Part shown: positions 10,346 through 23,700 of the stretch, one piece after another
How positions within the stretch are numbered: position 1 is the stretch's first letter
How the letters are laid out: every line of letters starts with the position of its first letter
From: Paraspadella gotoi
Taxonomy: Eukaryota; Animalia; Chaetognatha
Assembly (NCBI GenBank): GCA_051294375.1
Contig: CM119267.1
Span: forward strand, 6,964,325 to 7,028,324
Direction of reading: 5' to 3'
Length of the DNA: 64,000 bases
Translations under genes and position numbers: made by a program
Notes under the pieces: model-generated
The model's input: only the letters and a program-made list of their open reading frames with translations
Told to the model about the DNA's origin: nothing
The model's database searches: none

Positions 10346-12244
10346 ATGAATTCTCAATCGATTCTCGCCGTACCGCTCCTCTTTATCATGACGGCCAGCT
10401 GGAGCTACATGCTCCTGTTAATCTCCCTTTTCTCCAGCCGCATCGATTGGGTGGTGGTGCTGTGGCTCTTCGCGCTCGCCAACCTCTTCGTCAGCATCCC
10501 TCTGGCCATCTACTTCCGGCAAACGCCCTTCGGCCCGTCGGATCTATCCGGCCTTTGGCGCTGTCAGCTTCTGACGGTTCCGACGATGGAGGCGCTTTGC
10601 AAGGTAGTTCTTCCATCCCTTGCAGGGAGAGTAAAGAATAGGGGTTGAAAAAAAAACCCTAAAAAGAGAAAAAAGTGGCGAAATTTCACTTTCGTCGACC
10701 GCGGTTATGGCGGCTTTTGAAAAATCATTTAAAAATATTTATTTAAAAAAAAAATAAAAAGAATATTACTTAATTACCCTAACCCTAAACCCTCCTAACC
10801 CTAACCACCCTTATCCCTAAACCACCCCTAAATCACCCTTTACCCTAACCCCTCCCTAACCCCGGTCGGCGAAAGTAAAAGTTACCCAAAACAGTTTTTA
10901 GGTAAGAAAGAAAATATATTTTTGGTAAAATTATTAATTGAGTCAAAATCGAATTTTCAAAAGAAGTAGGAATAAAAAGTTAAACTATAAAAAATTAAAG
11001 CTCGATAAAACTCGACCATTTTGGTGTGACGAGGTGTACACGCTCCCCTCTTGCATATTTCCTCATCTGTGACCGAAATTCTTGCTCTGTCTGATCACTA
11101 ACATATCCCTTACGGTCGACGGAACATGGGCTTTCTTCACCACGATTGTTGATCATCAGCAAGATCTCAGAGACAATGAAAAATCAGTCTGATTGTAGTT
11201 TTAAACAGTGACAAAATTTCATACCATACAAAATATTCTTTTCAAAAGAGAAAATTTTAAACATCTTGTATGTATAAATTCATTATTTATAATACGTTTT
11301 ATTCTATTCTTACGTACTTAATTAAACTAGAATGTGTGAGATTCTTGATTGAAATGTTATCTTATGAGAAGAAATGGGGGCCTTTTACCCAACATTGCCG
11401 GTCCAAAGTAAAGGGCAGAATTGCTTATTTATAGAATGAATGGTTCTCCTAATATAAATATCTTCAATATCTTCATATATATTCATATCATTTAATCCAT
11501 CCCCTCTATTTTACTCACTTTTATTCACTTTTATTCACCACTCACCAGGTCCTCCTATCCATCTCGCTCTCCGGATGTCCGATGGGCGACGCCGCGACTC
11601 TTTGGAACACGAACGTGGTCTGGGTGACCGTCTTCCAATCGTTGCTGGAACGACGATTTCCCAGGGCCGTTCAAATCGGCGCCATCGTCCTCGCACTCAC
11701 CGGCGTCGTTCTCATCCAGAAACCGACGTTCGTCTTCGGCGACGCCGTCGACGCCGCCTTCTTGACGTCGGATTTTCCCGACCGGAAATACTTTTACGTC
11801 CTCGCTCTTTTCATCTCGTTCCCTTACGCCATCTACTTCACTCTCACCGATCACTTGCAACGCCGCGGCGTCCACTGGAGCGTCTTTTACCTCAATTACA
11901 CCCTCGCGGTGCTGGCGGCGGCCATGGCGTTTTCTCTTCCGGCGCCGATGGATCGAGTACGCCAGGTGGCGTCTTTGACGGCGCTGGAAGCCTGCGGCGT
12001 CGTCCTCATCGGCGTCTTCGAAGTCTTGGGGCGCGCTGGTTCCTTATTCGCGTTGCAATACTTCAACGCCGACGTCGTCGCCATTTTTGCTCTCTTAGAA
12101 ATTCCCGTCACTTACTTCTTGGGCTTCAAGCTGCTTGGTCAGATGCCCGACGTGCTTGGCGTGGCGGGCTCGGCGCTGATATTTTTCGCGTTGGTGGCTC
12201 TGACTGTCGTGGAAGCCTTCAAGAAGAGAGGGAAGGATGAGTAA
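10346..12244 (+). CDS. SLC35G1: SLC35G1-like EamA/DMT transporter, paralog B; exons 10346-10603 and 11549-12244 (317 aa)
   Basis: Phase-0 intron (aag|gtagtt ... caccag|GTC) at the same position as in paralog A (after LCK). Shared motifs: SWSY, RQ.P.GP, GDA.TLWN, GVVLIQKP.F.FG, FPDR.YFY, LQRRGVHWS.FYLNY, LEIPV.Y. Confidence 0.85.
10678..10887. mobile_element. ~210-bp MITE-like element with internal AACCCT-like repeats, in the paralog B intron
   Basis: Imperfect TIRs aatttcactttcgtcgaccg / cggtcggcgaaagtaaaagtt flank a degenerate (CCCTAA)n tract. Confidence 0.6.
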
Positions 12245-12595
12245 GAAAGAGAGATCGAATCGTTCTCAATTACTTTTTTAGAAAAACTTTATTCTTTTAA
12301 ATAATAGTTTTTATTTCCTCTCTCTCTGTTACTTAAATGTTTTGGATATAAAAATTGTTGAATAATAAAAAAAAAGGGAAAAAAAAGTGTTTTTATTTCA
12401 AACAGCTATTTAGAACTACTGACAAGGATTTTCGTGAGTTTTGCCTCTCAAACCTTTTTCAAAGATAGACTAAAACCGAGGTTTACCCGAATTCGGGTGG
12501 AAGAAGTTCCGTTGATTTATATATTTTTTTTAAATTTTCTTTTTTATTTCTTTTTCTTTGTTTACCTGTTTGTTTGTTTGTTTACCGTCTCGACG

Positions 12596-13526
12596 ATGGT
12601 TCTGCTGCAAGAGGGAGATCGACAGACGCCTTGGCTCTTGATCGTCCTTTCGTTGGCCTTTTGCGTGGGCGTGTCTCGATCTCTGGAGAAAAACGGAGAT
12701 CAATATTGCGAAGCCTTGACGCCGTTATTGCTAAAGGTTTGTTTAAACGTCTCTTATTTCACGCTTTATATTTGTATTATTTGTTTTACCGAATTAGACT
12801 TTAAAATTTTATATTAAAATTTTTAAAAAAATTATTTAATTCCTTTTATCCCGATTTCTACGTTTTTTATTTTTTGTCTTAATCGTTGCTTGTTTATCCA
12901 ATGTTCATTGTTAACTGTTTAGTATACTTGTTTATTGGATGTTCATTGTTAAATGTTGAGTTTACTTGTTTATTGGATGTTCATTGTTAAATGTTGAGTT
13001 TACTTGTTTATTGAATTGTAGTCAGGCATTGCGTTCATTGTTAAATGTTTAGTTTACTTGTTTATTGAATGTTCATTGTTAAATGTTTAGTTTACCGACT
13101 CGTTCATCATTTACATCATTTACAATTAAATCTTTTTACACTTCCAATCTTCAATCTTCGCCACCTTCCGCGCCCACCTCAACCCCACTCCCCCACCACC
13201 TCTCTACCCTCAAAACCACCGCCCAGTTCGAAGAGAACGTTGCGGCAAAGATGCCCACCTTCGGTTGCGGCGAGCTCAGCATGGGCGAGTGCTTCGGTTC
13301 CATGAAACGCCGCACGAGTCATCGCCTCTTCGGAACGCCGTGTCCAGAGTGCGAGGAGGAGCAGGTGGGCGAGGGAGTTGAAGGCGGCGTGGAAGGAGCG
13401 GCCAAGGCGGAGTCGGACGGACCGCCCAAGGACGACAAGATCACCACCATGAATCGGGCCGAGCGAATCGTCGAAGAGGCGAGGGGCGTTGGCGGGGAAA
13501 AGAAGGCCTGGTGGCGGCGGTGGTGA
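12596..13526 (+). CDS. Small putative secreted Cys-containing protein, 146 aa; exons 12596-12736 and 13227-13526
   Basis: MVLLQEGDRQTPWLLIVLSLAFCVGVSRS has a hydrophobic signal-like segment. A phase-0 intron (aag|gtttgt ... cccag|TTC) joins it to GC-rich exon 2 (FEENVAAKMPTFGCGELSMGECFGSMKRR...CPECEEE...AWWRRW*). I recognise no family. Confidence 0.6.
12901..13095. repeat. 38-bp minisatellite (atgttcattgttaaatgttgagtttacttgtttattgg), about 5 units, intronic
   Basis: Read directly from the sequence. About 6 units are present in the redundant copy at ~49288-49515. Confidence 0.85.
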
Positions 13527-14039
13527 TTGGTTGTTGTTTTCGTCGTCGTCGTGATCTCAGTTCGGGATTCGAATTAGCATTAGGTTTCCTCCAAATTGGT
13601 TTCGCCATTTAAAAACTACAAATATTAAATTCGTTTTGTACGAATTCTGTTTGCCAGTTGGTTACGAATGACGATAATTTTAGACACTTTTTTTGGTATT
13701 TAGTAATTTTATTTCGTATATATGACTCGATAATAAGATACAATCGGTTTAAATATTTATTTTATCTCCCTTATAACTCATCCGAATAATGGCTTAGTCG
13801 TCACAAAAAGATTTATCAGGGTTGCTCTCTTGTTTATCACTAAAACAAAAGAGAAGATCATTTTTTATCCTCAGAAAATGGTTCTGGCCAAGTGGACCGC
13901 TTGTCTTTACTGTAAAGAGAAGAAGCGGTCTTCGTCGTTGTCGTCGTCGTCGTCGTCGTCGTCGTCGTGTTGTGGCCACATTTACTTTCGATGTTATAAA
14001 CTTAATCTCACCATAAATTTTTTTCTCGAGTTATCCATT

Positions 14040-15736
14040 AAGCAAGTCCGTCCATCGTCCTCTTTTGGCGTCGGCGTCCGTGACGCAACTATGCCGGACT
14101 ATTGAGCGCAGCGGCAGCAGCGGCAATCTTTACAGAGCCGCAATCCTTTCCATTGGGCGTCTTAGGTCGGCATCGAAATTATTCCGCTGTTTCGATTTCC
14201 TTAGGGTTTCGCATACAATCAGTGTCTTTTAGACAACGAAATGTAATCCTGAACTTCAAATAATTACCATATTTTTTGATCTCATTGGTTAGTAAACGAA
14301 GCTTTCTTCATTTAAAAAAACGGTAGTCTCAAGTTATCTCCTTCTTATCACTTAGAACTTCCCATGTAAATTTCTATGAGATTAAAAATACGGTAAGACA
14401 TGATTTCTTCAATGATTGTCAATCTAATCTCATTACTGCTTAATTTTAGAAAAAAGGTATGCTTGAATTTTTATGGTACAGATGATTTTTAAAGATCGAA
14501 TTCCTTATAAGAATCCTCAAGTCTTTTACTTACACAAAAGATTTTAGGTAAGACGCAAATTATCTGATACAATTTTTTTTCCTTCATACGCTTTTCCCGA
14601 TTATTTTTCTTTACCTTTTTTCTTCTCTTTACTTTATATTTTTCTCTTCTCTTTCCTCTCTTACTTCTCACGCTGTCACTTACCATTTTTTTTGGCCTAC
14701 CTTTTTCTGTCACTCATGCACTTTCCTCACCTTTTTTTCTCATCTTCATTCTTTCCCTTTTTTCCCTCTTTTTCTTTCCATTTTCCCCTCTTTTCTTACC
14801 TTACAATTGTTTTCACTATTTTTTCTACATTTGCCTTCGTTTTTTTGCCTTTCACCCTCTCTTTCATTCTCTCCCCTTCTCCTTTTCTTGTTTTCCCTTT
14901 CTATTTCCTCTCACTACGTTTAAATTGAGCCAAATCAAAGAAAATATTTAAAATGCATTATAAGAAAGAAAATGAACGGTAGCGCATGATTTTTCTTTCA
15001 ATTTTGGTTGCCAAGCAAATTTAGTAAATCGACAGATTTTTGCGGATTCTGAGAAGAAAGAAGTCCTGACGCTTTCCATTGGGTTAAAAGGATGCGGTTT
15101 TTTTTAATTAAATCAAGGTCAGTATGTACCTCATCTTTTAAATAATAAATGAGTTGAAAATATTCTCTTTATCAAAAATAAATGCAAGTCACAAAAGTCA
15201 CAAATTAAAAGACGTCTTTTAAAAATTTATTTGTGGCTAAACCAAAAAGTTTTTTGATAATTTTTATAGGTGTTAAAGCTTATTCAATAGGCTATATTTT
15301 CTGTAATTTCAACCATTTGATTTATTTTTGTTTAACAAATTATGATAAAGACTGAAACTCCAACTTTTTGACTTGTTAACTTTAAAATTAATTCATAGGC
15401 ACAACTATAAAATGATTTAAGCTAATAAATTTACCCAGAGGTAAAAAAGATAAGAAAGAACGGATTTCCAAAGTAAAAATTTTCTCACTTCCTTGGCATT
15501 CAATAGAAGTCGTAGTAAAAATGGACAAAAATGGACATAATTTTTTGGCTTAAAAGTTGCACAAAATGGTACTATTTATCATTAGAAACGGTGGGAGATT
15601 TTCTAACCAATCCATTCGTTTCGGCCTAATTTGTGTTGTGGTACAAAGTTAATTAACATTTTTAAGTAACAAACTGAACAATAGTGGAAAGAGTCGTTTT
15701 TTTCCTAAATGCAAGCGTTGTACGACCGGAACCTTA

Positions 15737-15811
<75 letters not shown>

Positions 15812-16052
15812 AGCCGCCGGTGGAGAAAGAGAGTAAAAACTGTTGTGGCGGCGAATGCAACCGGCAGTGATCGCGGATTCTGTGCCAAAGGTGGCGGCGG
15901 GATGACGGTGAAGGCGGCGGCGGAGTTGGCGACCGCTTGTGCGGCGAAGGAGGCGTGCCGCGGTGGTGCCGTGAAGTTGCGGCCGGCGTAGAGACTCCTC
16001 GTTTCTTGGCGAAGGAGGGAAATTACATTAAGAGAGATGAAGAGAAAGAGAA

Positions 16053-16124
<72 letters not shown>

Positions 16125-16540
16125 GATTTAGCGTTAATGCCACTGGTAGATTACTTTTATCACTACGATGGGATGAAGGAGAAACAATTTTATTAGGGAG
16201 TTTTCATTGTTCACATTTCGTCCGTATTGTTTCAGGTATTGTAATGTATGATGCGAAATTATTCAATTTTAAAAATATAAAACCAAAGTAGATATAAATG
16301 AAAAAGCAGAAAGCTCAAAAGTCCAAGTAAAATACCATCCCCTCCATTTAATCTCTTTTCTTTCGCAGGATCTTTCCCTTCCGCCCCCGCCCCCGCCGAT
16401 GCTAAATGCCGGGATTCGCCGGACCGCGAGGCGGAAATCGTAAATAATTGTACGTTCGGAGGAGAATCTGCCGCCGACCGAGAATCATTCATTCTCCCGC
16501 CTGCCTCTCCGTCCTCTGTCTCTCTCTGCTCTCTCCTCCT

Positions 16541-16576
<36 letters not shown>

Positions 16577-17763
16577 GCTCTCCTTCTTCTCTCAGAGTAA
16601 TCTATTTAAAGAGATATCCTGTCCAAGAACGTCTTGAGAGACTGATTTAGAGCCATTCTCCAAATTGGAAGAGAGACTTAATCTGCTCTGCCATTTTTTT
16701 CCCTTTTTTTCTATTTTTCTGTAATCGCGATGCATTTTTCATGATGACTAGTAGTTTCTTTCTTTATAATTTCTTTTATTATTTTTCTTTAATTACTACC
16801 GTAGGAAACTGGATCACATTAACTTTTTAAAAAATTGTTACAAATTTTTTTTTTTGTGACTAAATTTTCATCGAAATTCTTGACGTGGTCTAACAGAGAC
16901 GATTATGAAGATATAAGAAAATTTTACTCTTCTCTCTCTCTCTCTCTCTCTCACGCTCTCTTCTCTCTCTCTCATCTCTTTCTCATCTCTCTCTCTCTCT
17001 TTTTCTTTTACTACTCTCTCTCCATCTCCTATGCCTCTCTCCCGGAGGTTTATTTCATTCGTGAAATATCACGAGTTATACCCCCTCCGGCCCTCCGCCT
17101 TCCCTCGTATTTTTCGTTCTTTTTCAAACGAAGTTTTAAAAAAAAGGTGTGCGATGCGACGCAGCGACTGGGCGGCAGCGGATGGCGGCGCGGCAGTGGC
17201 GTGCGGCGGGCGGGGCGCCACCAATGGGAAACAATCCCGAGAATCGGCGCTCGTCATTTGTTTACAAGTCGTAACCCACGGCGACGAAGAGAGAGAGAGA
17301 TGAGCAGAGAGAGAGTAGAGAGAGAGAAGAGAGGAAAAGAGGAAGGAACTGAGAAGAGGAGAGAGAGAGAGAGAGAAGAGAGAGTAGAGAGCGTGATGAC
17401 GGCGATTAGGGGGGACGCTGTATGGTCGGGATGCTCTTGCATCTCCCGTTTTAGCGCCGTTTCTATGGCGAACCGCAATAAAACCAACTAACGAAGAGAG
17501 CCAAGGGAAAACGAGAGAGAGAGAGATAGAGAGGAGAGGGAGAGAGAGAGAGAGAGAGAGAGAGAAGAGAGAGAGGAGAGAGAGGAGGAGAGGGACGGGG
17601 AGGGAGGAGATTCTTTCACTTTCCTCAAGATCGAAGAAACGTCGTCGGCGACGCTGCCTTGCTGCCGCTGCCGCTTGCCGCTGCCGCACGCCGGACGCCC
17701 ATCGCCGCCCTCTTCCTCGGATTGGAGAGGCAGGGGTTTTTGCGAGTCTTGTTGCGTGATCAT
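14040..17763 (-). CDS. Putative 3' part of a multi-exon minus-strand gene (low-complexity Ala/Pro/Ser-rich protein); reading frame not reliably recoverable
   Basis: GC-rich islands (~14040-14200, 15860-16010, 16335-16495, 17080-17290, 17400-17490, 17615-17760) mostly follow (CT)n tracts on the minus strand, some with clear AG acceptors or GT donors. Indels differ between the redundant copies. Confidence 0.35.
14205..15733. mobile_element. ~1.5 kb non-autonomous DNA transposon with ~14-bp TIRs and a TTA(G) target-site duplication
   Basis: Left end ccTTAG|GGTTTCGCATACAA. Right end TTGTACGCGGAACC|TTAG, clearest in the copy ending at 40858. The empty site gatttccTTAGagag is at 50584-50598. The interior is AT-rich and non-coding. 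Confidence 0.75.
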
Positions 17764-17789
17764 TGGTGTGTCTATTTGTTGCTTTCTCG

Positions 17790-20700
17790 CAATTAGGTTC
17801 TATTGTATTTAGATATGTTTGGTTTCGCTTGGCGTATAGTGTAAAGTTCCTTCTGAGAGGTAACGGGAAGAGGAAAGTAGTTAACCGGAGAGGCTTATAC
17901 GCGTCTTTACACTACTCGATCTCGCTCTCTACTGTAGTCTACTCTGCTACTTCTTTGGGCACTTGGTGTCTACGCGCGGTCACTCACACCTCCTACAGTA
18001 CCCATTGTAGTATCTAGAATATTACTATACCATTACGAAACGCATATGCACGCACACTTAAAGCTGTCACGTCTACATTAAAGTATTATTCTAGATCACA
18101 CATATACAGTGAGTAGAACATTGCATGAGATAATATAATATGCACATCAATAGTTATAACAGAGAGCTTCTCTAGGAGTTGAGTTTATCATGACTGGAAC
18201 ACAATAGAAATATGCACCGGGCAGATTCTTCTGGCACGCAGTACGAGGTCGCTACACCCGTTGCGAGAGTACTGGGGGCACCGATGAGCGTCGCGCTAGT
18301 CGGCGTGACAGGATTTAATCGAGTCTGTAGAAATGCAGAGCAACTGGAGGTGCGCAAAGGGTAAGAGCATCTTCATCGGGTATAAATTGATACGAAACAG
18401 CTCGAGCTCCTCTCAGGCTAAGCTCGACCATAGCAATCAAATAACCATGAAACAGCATAAAACCAACAACCATATAATATGAAAAACGCCCGACGATGAG
18501 CCACTACATATAATGGATCTGTACTGAAATAAGATACATGTTAATTGAAAGCAATTGAACATAACAATGAGCCTGTATTTTCTAACTAGCGAGGCAGTTC
18601 GGTATCAGTAAGTCAATAAGGAGTATCGATTGTTTATCGAGTTATCTAAACGACTTTTCACTCAAAAGTAACGATAAGAGTTTCGATCGGAGGCAAACGG
18701 TTGAGAGATATATATGTCCGAACAGGATACTATTCACCCTCCTTCTATCACGTAAAATACTCTGGCCGCGTCTCCCCCGCTCAGCTTGTTCGTTCCTCTT
18801 TCCTTTGAATTGGTGGACCTGTTCAAGAGTAGTCCTCTTCGTCCGTCTTCTTTTTTCTACTCTGATAGCGTCGCGTACAGACATCTACAAACCATTCTCT
18901 TCGCCTCGTCAAAAACTCTCTACAACAAGCGTCACACTCTCACTCAAACTATCGTCCGCTGTTGCCTCAAACTATCGCGCTTGTTCCACGCCGCAACGTG
19001 AATGGGCTTTCTCTGCGGGGCCGCTGAATGTGGAGGGCACAGATGGCAAGATTTGCGCGTCTTGGTATTCGGGAAGGGATATACGTCCGCACAATTAGAG
19101 AAAAAATCGGACCGTTCGCGATATACACAAACAGGCGCGAATAAGAGAGTATCGCCGATGGTGTTCCAGCGGCGTTGCAGCATATAATCATGGAAGTGAG
19201 CACTCCGCAACTAGTGAAGTTGAGCGAACATCGAAGAACTCTTGGATGTCCATTACTCCCACTTCTTGCAAACTCGTGAATCGTATACACGATCTCTCTG
19301 CTCTCTCTTTTACTGCTCTTCATGCTCTATTTGTGCGCTCGCGAATATTATTAGCTACACTGCCAAAATACCTCGCAGTGAAGCACTTCGTGCGTATTAC
19401 TCAGAGTTGGCAGGACTGCGCTCAGCGTTCAGACGGACACGAAAAATGTGAGTATAAATTAAGTAATATGCATCTAGTGAGCGCGAGCCCATCACTCTAC
19501 GGTAGAGTGAGCATTTTGAGAATATCGCGCTCGAGAATTCTGATAGATAGGTCGGCACATGACCCGCTCCCATCAGGAGAGACCGCCGTCGTCATCTCGC
19601 AGTCTGATAAAGGGCATCGGATCGCAGAAGGGCGCATCAGGGCAGGGGATAGGCTGCGGGCGACTGACTCGTGGAGGGCTCGCGAGCATTATTGCGAGCT
19701 CAAGCCTTTAACATATTAAAGACTCTAATCGATATGTGTAGATATAAGATCCGACATGGAAATAACTACTCCGAGCGGAAAGGCTGTGCGAACCGGAACG
19801 ATAGCTGGTGATATGGACCACTACCGTAGGATAGTTTTTTCGAAGAGGTGGTAGAGTGAAAGAGATGCAAAACGCTCAGAACTAGAGATCTGCGCGAGCG
19901 ATGATGAGAAGTTTGCGACATCGCGTTCACATGGATAGAAGCAAAAAAGTCCAAAAGAATCAAAGGTGGAACACAGAAAAACTTGAGTTCGGCACAACCG
20001 CAATGGAAGGCGACGCCACGATCGAAGCCGCCATCGAGAAGAAAAGTAGAACAAAAGCGCAAGGAATGTGTCGCGAATTGATTGGCGTTGAGATTTGAAT
20101 AGAAGAGGGCCTATGCGCGCTGTAGAGCGAATGGAGTAGTACGCATGTAGGAATTTGTCATGGTTATGAGAAATTGAACACATTGGCACACGGCAAATGT
20201 TTTTAAGTGAGTCTTCTGAGTAGTATGAGAAGCTATGTAGCCAGGGCATGCTGAATGAGGCTGCTACACTAAGGTACAGTTTCTAGCCTACGAGACATAG
20301 GGGGCGGTGGTATATCTGTACATGAGGAAAAGAGGTGAGAAGATAGAGATAAAAAGAGTGGAAGATTGGGGCAGAGGAGCAGGAGGAAGGGTAGTTGGTG
20401 TGGTGGTGGGCTGGGGCGCTCTGGAAAGTATTCATTGTGTAAATCGATACGTTGTAGTTGCTGAAAGCGTTCAACATTAATAAAATTATTTCTTTAGTCT
20501 GCAGCAATATTTGCTCTTTCTCCTGATGCGCCCATGGTCGGATTGGTCTATAGGACCGTGTATACACAAACCTATATAAGACGTTACTAGCACAAGCAGA
20601 CATAGTAATTGTTATGTTTTGGATTATGAAATAAGTGCGTGTAGATTAAAGTTTGGCCAAGTTTGCAAATTCCGATGCGTTACATAAGCATTGAGCCGCT

Positions 20701-23700
20701 CGTCCTGATGACGAGTGCATCCTCAGCGCTGCATAGCAAATTTCGAGGAGGCTGGTTCAACGTAAAGAGAATGTTCTGATGTACTCGCAATCAGGGAAAT
20801 ATCCGGCACGAAGATGTATTATAGTACTGGATAAAATAATATTTATCGAGAAGTTGTTAACAGATTTTTTGAAAAAGTAGATGGCAATCCGTAAGTTTGT
20901 ATTGCATCACGCGAAAGTGTATGGAGGTATTTGAGGGAAGGGGATGCCCAAGAATCGCCGAAGTAATAGGACAATCAGAGAAACACAAAATCCAAACAAA
21001 GGTGTGAGAAAGGGCCTACGTAGAGATGGTTAAAATAAGACAAAAAAAACCTATTCACATGAACAATGCACGGCAGATCGTAGGATGCTAACTATGATGA
21101 TAAACTGTTTATGCGGCAATCCGACAACCACGGGAAATCACATAGGAACATGAGAGAGAATATATTAAGCGATTGGAATGGATCAGCACAGCACTGTCCT
21201 TACAGGTGGAAACTTCCAACCTGCAACTATAGTTTGCAGAGAATGGCTTCTAAAATCAGGTCTCTCACGATCAATATTGGTAGTCAGCGCATAGTAGGCT
21301 CGTATCATAAATTATGAATAAAACTACATCAGAAGAGGAGGATGATATCAGAATCGATGACACGTCAGTTAGGATACAGAGCAAGTATACGACATAAGAT
21401 TATTGATGTTAATTGTTGAGAAGCGACGACGCACCAATGGAGATCGGAGTACTGAGCTAGAGAGCGTAGTAGAGAGCGAAGACGTAGCACGGTGTATCTC
21501 GTATGAGATCAGAAGGCGTTCATCGAGTGAATGCACTGCTGGGACGTGCGATATACAGTATGAAGCAGTGGAGGCAGAATTTTACGGTAACTAGTCGGCA
21601 TTTCTGAAGTTGATACATCACACGTCAAACTGCTTAATAAGTAATAGCTAGCATATATACCATCAATCTTAAAGATGCAATCCTGTTAACAATATTATTT
21701 TCACGTATATTTTCTTTTTCGAGTTTCTGGCTCCTCTCCTCAAGAGATCAGTACCTTGCAATGAATGAAACAATTCTAAGTCCACGAGAATGAGAATGGT
21801 TTATACCACGAGCAAATGAGGGTAAAGAGAAGAGGTGTGGATGGGAGTTGCAGCAGGAGCTTTGCACGTCGGAGGCATATAGGAGAGAGACAAGGATCTT
21901 AAACAATATAGATAGCGATACAGCATAGAGAGTTAATAATAGACATACAACGATTCCAGATGAAGAGTTTCATAATATAGAGAATAACTAATATGTCTGC
22001 TACGATATGACATTGTCTAAGGAAGCTCTATGCATAGGCAAGTATTATAATATAGTAAATATAAGAGTTAAAGCTTAATAAAAATTAAAACTGTGTCCAT
22101 GTATATATATAAATATAAGAGTAAAAAATTCAAATATCCCTCATTTTCGAGCAGAGGTATGTACATTTAGTAAGCACATATACAATATTGATATATATAA
22201 TAGGAATACGAAACGAGATATAGAATATGTAACCAATTATATAGAGCATGTATCAAGTCGATAAAGTTATTTCTCACTGTAAGGAACTTAGACCTTAACC
22301 AGGCATATATACATAATAATAATCAGAAGAACAAATAAAATTCGCTTTTTCTACGTCTAATATAATATCATACAGTAAGCTGGGTCTCTACCTGTCGCAC
22401 TGATTAAGCAATCCACGTGATAATCATAAGAATTGTACCCGACAATCCGTTTTTCTAGAAGAGGATTTTATATTGGTTCTCGAATCTGGACGCTACAAAA
22501 TATTCAATTTGGTACACTTTAGTGGTAGCGTGGATCAGCCGAAAAAACCGCGTGAATCTATGACAGATTAACGTCGCCAGTAATCTGAATTTTGAGCTGA
22601 TCGCGCTACTCACCAACTGGGAGATAATAGACATATGATGACTTGATATTCAGGTTTAGGAAACCTATGGAAAGGTTTTTCATTGACTCTAGACCCCGCG
22701 GTTATCAGGGTCTTTGAGCAATCACACTCATCACTCTTTGACTCTCTCATCGACTGACACGCTGCCAACCTTTGCTGGCAACTGCTTCCGTTCTCTCTCT
22801 TCTAAACCTGCATCGTCAAATTCATCAAGTGACGCGAAACTGCTCACTATCTCCAATTGCAGTATAATACGCCAATGACTTGCATCTTGTGAATTTCAGT
22901 GTAAGCCACTAGGAACATATACGCAGGTCCTTGGTACTTAGTGTACTATGGTGTCACTCTGCAGATTCACTAATTTCGTTGAGAAGATGGCATCTGTCCT
23001 GAACCTCGTCAATTAGAGGTGAGCTTCAGATTGATACTGCAAAAGCAGGACGTAATTAATATGACAGCTCTCGGAAGCCCAACAGTCCTAACGTTCAACT
23101 GAAGCTCTTCGAGAATTGGCAAGGCAACAGGCCAGGTCATTCTCTCACAAGGATAACGGAAGCTTAGAACGTTATCCTTTACTGGCCGAATGCACCTAAT
23201 TATGGGAATTTCAGCAATCAAGGAGTGTCACGAAGGTCCATAGGAATTCATCGGACTGATTCTCGAGTCTGTCACTGGGTTTAAAAAAGGACATATCATT
23301 CATACTACAAGGACGGAGACAACTCACCCAGTAAGATTGATTTACATATAAGGCTACCAAAGTGATATGTGCGAGAGATTTATTTATTTCACGAATACTT
23401 GATACGATGCTTAACCACCTGAGTTCCATTAAGTGCTGTAACCATGACGATGAGATGTGTGCCGCTGAATATTTGTTTATTCATAATGAAGGAGATTAAA
23501 TCGCTAAAAAATTTAGCTTTACAACCGAGCCATAAACAACTCAGCTAAAAAGCATTCGTAGTTGTATTTTTAAGTCCCACTGCTCGTACTGAAACTCGGT
23601 GCCGCCTCACCGACTTGTAGGTTTTAAAGTTGTTGAAATCCGGGACATGCTCCTATCTGCTGATCTCCGCATTGCACGCCTTCGCGCAACAGCGTCGCAT

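Noticed and set aside
12596-13526. Insulin-like peptide
   Set aside because: It has no B-chain CG-x-L...C spacing and no A-chain CC-x3-C-x8-C motif.
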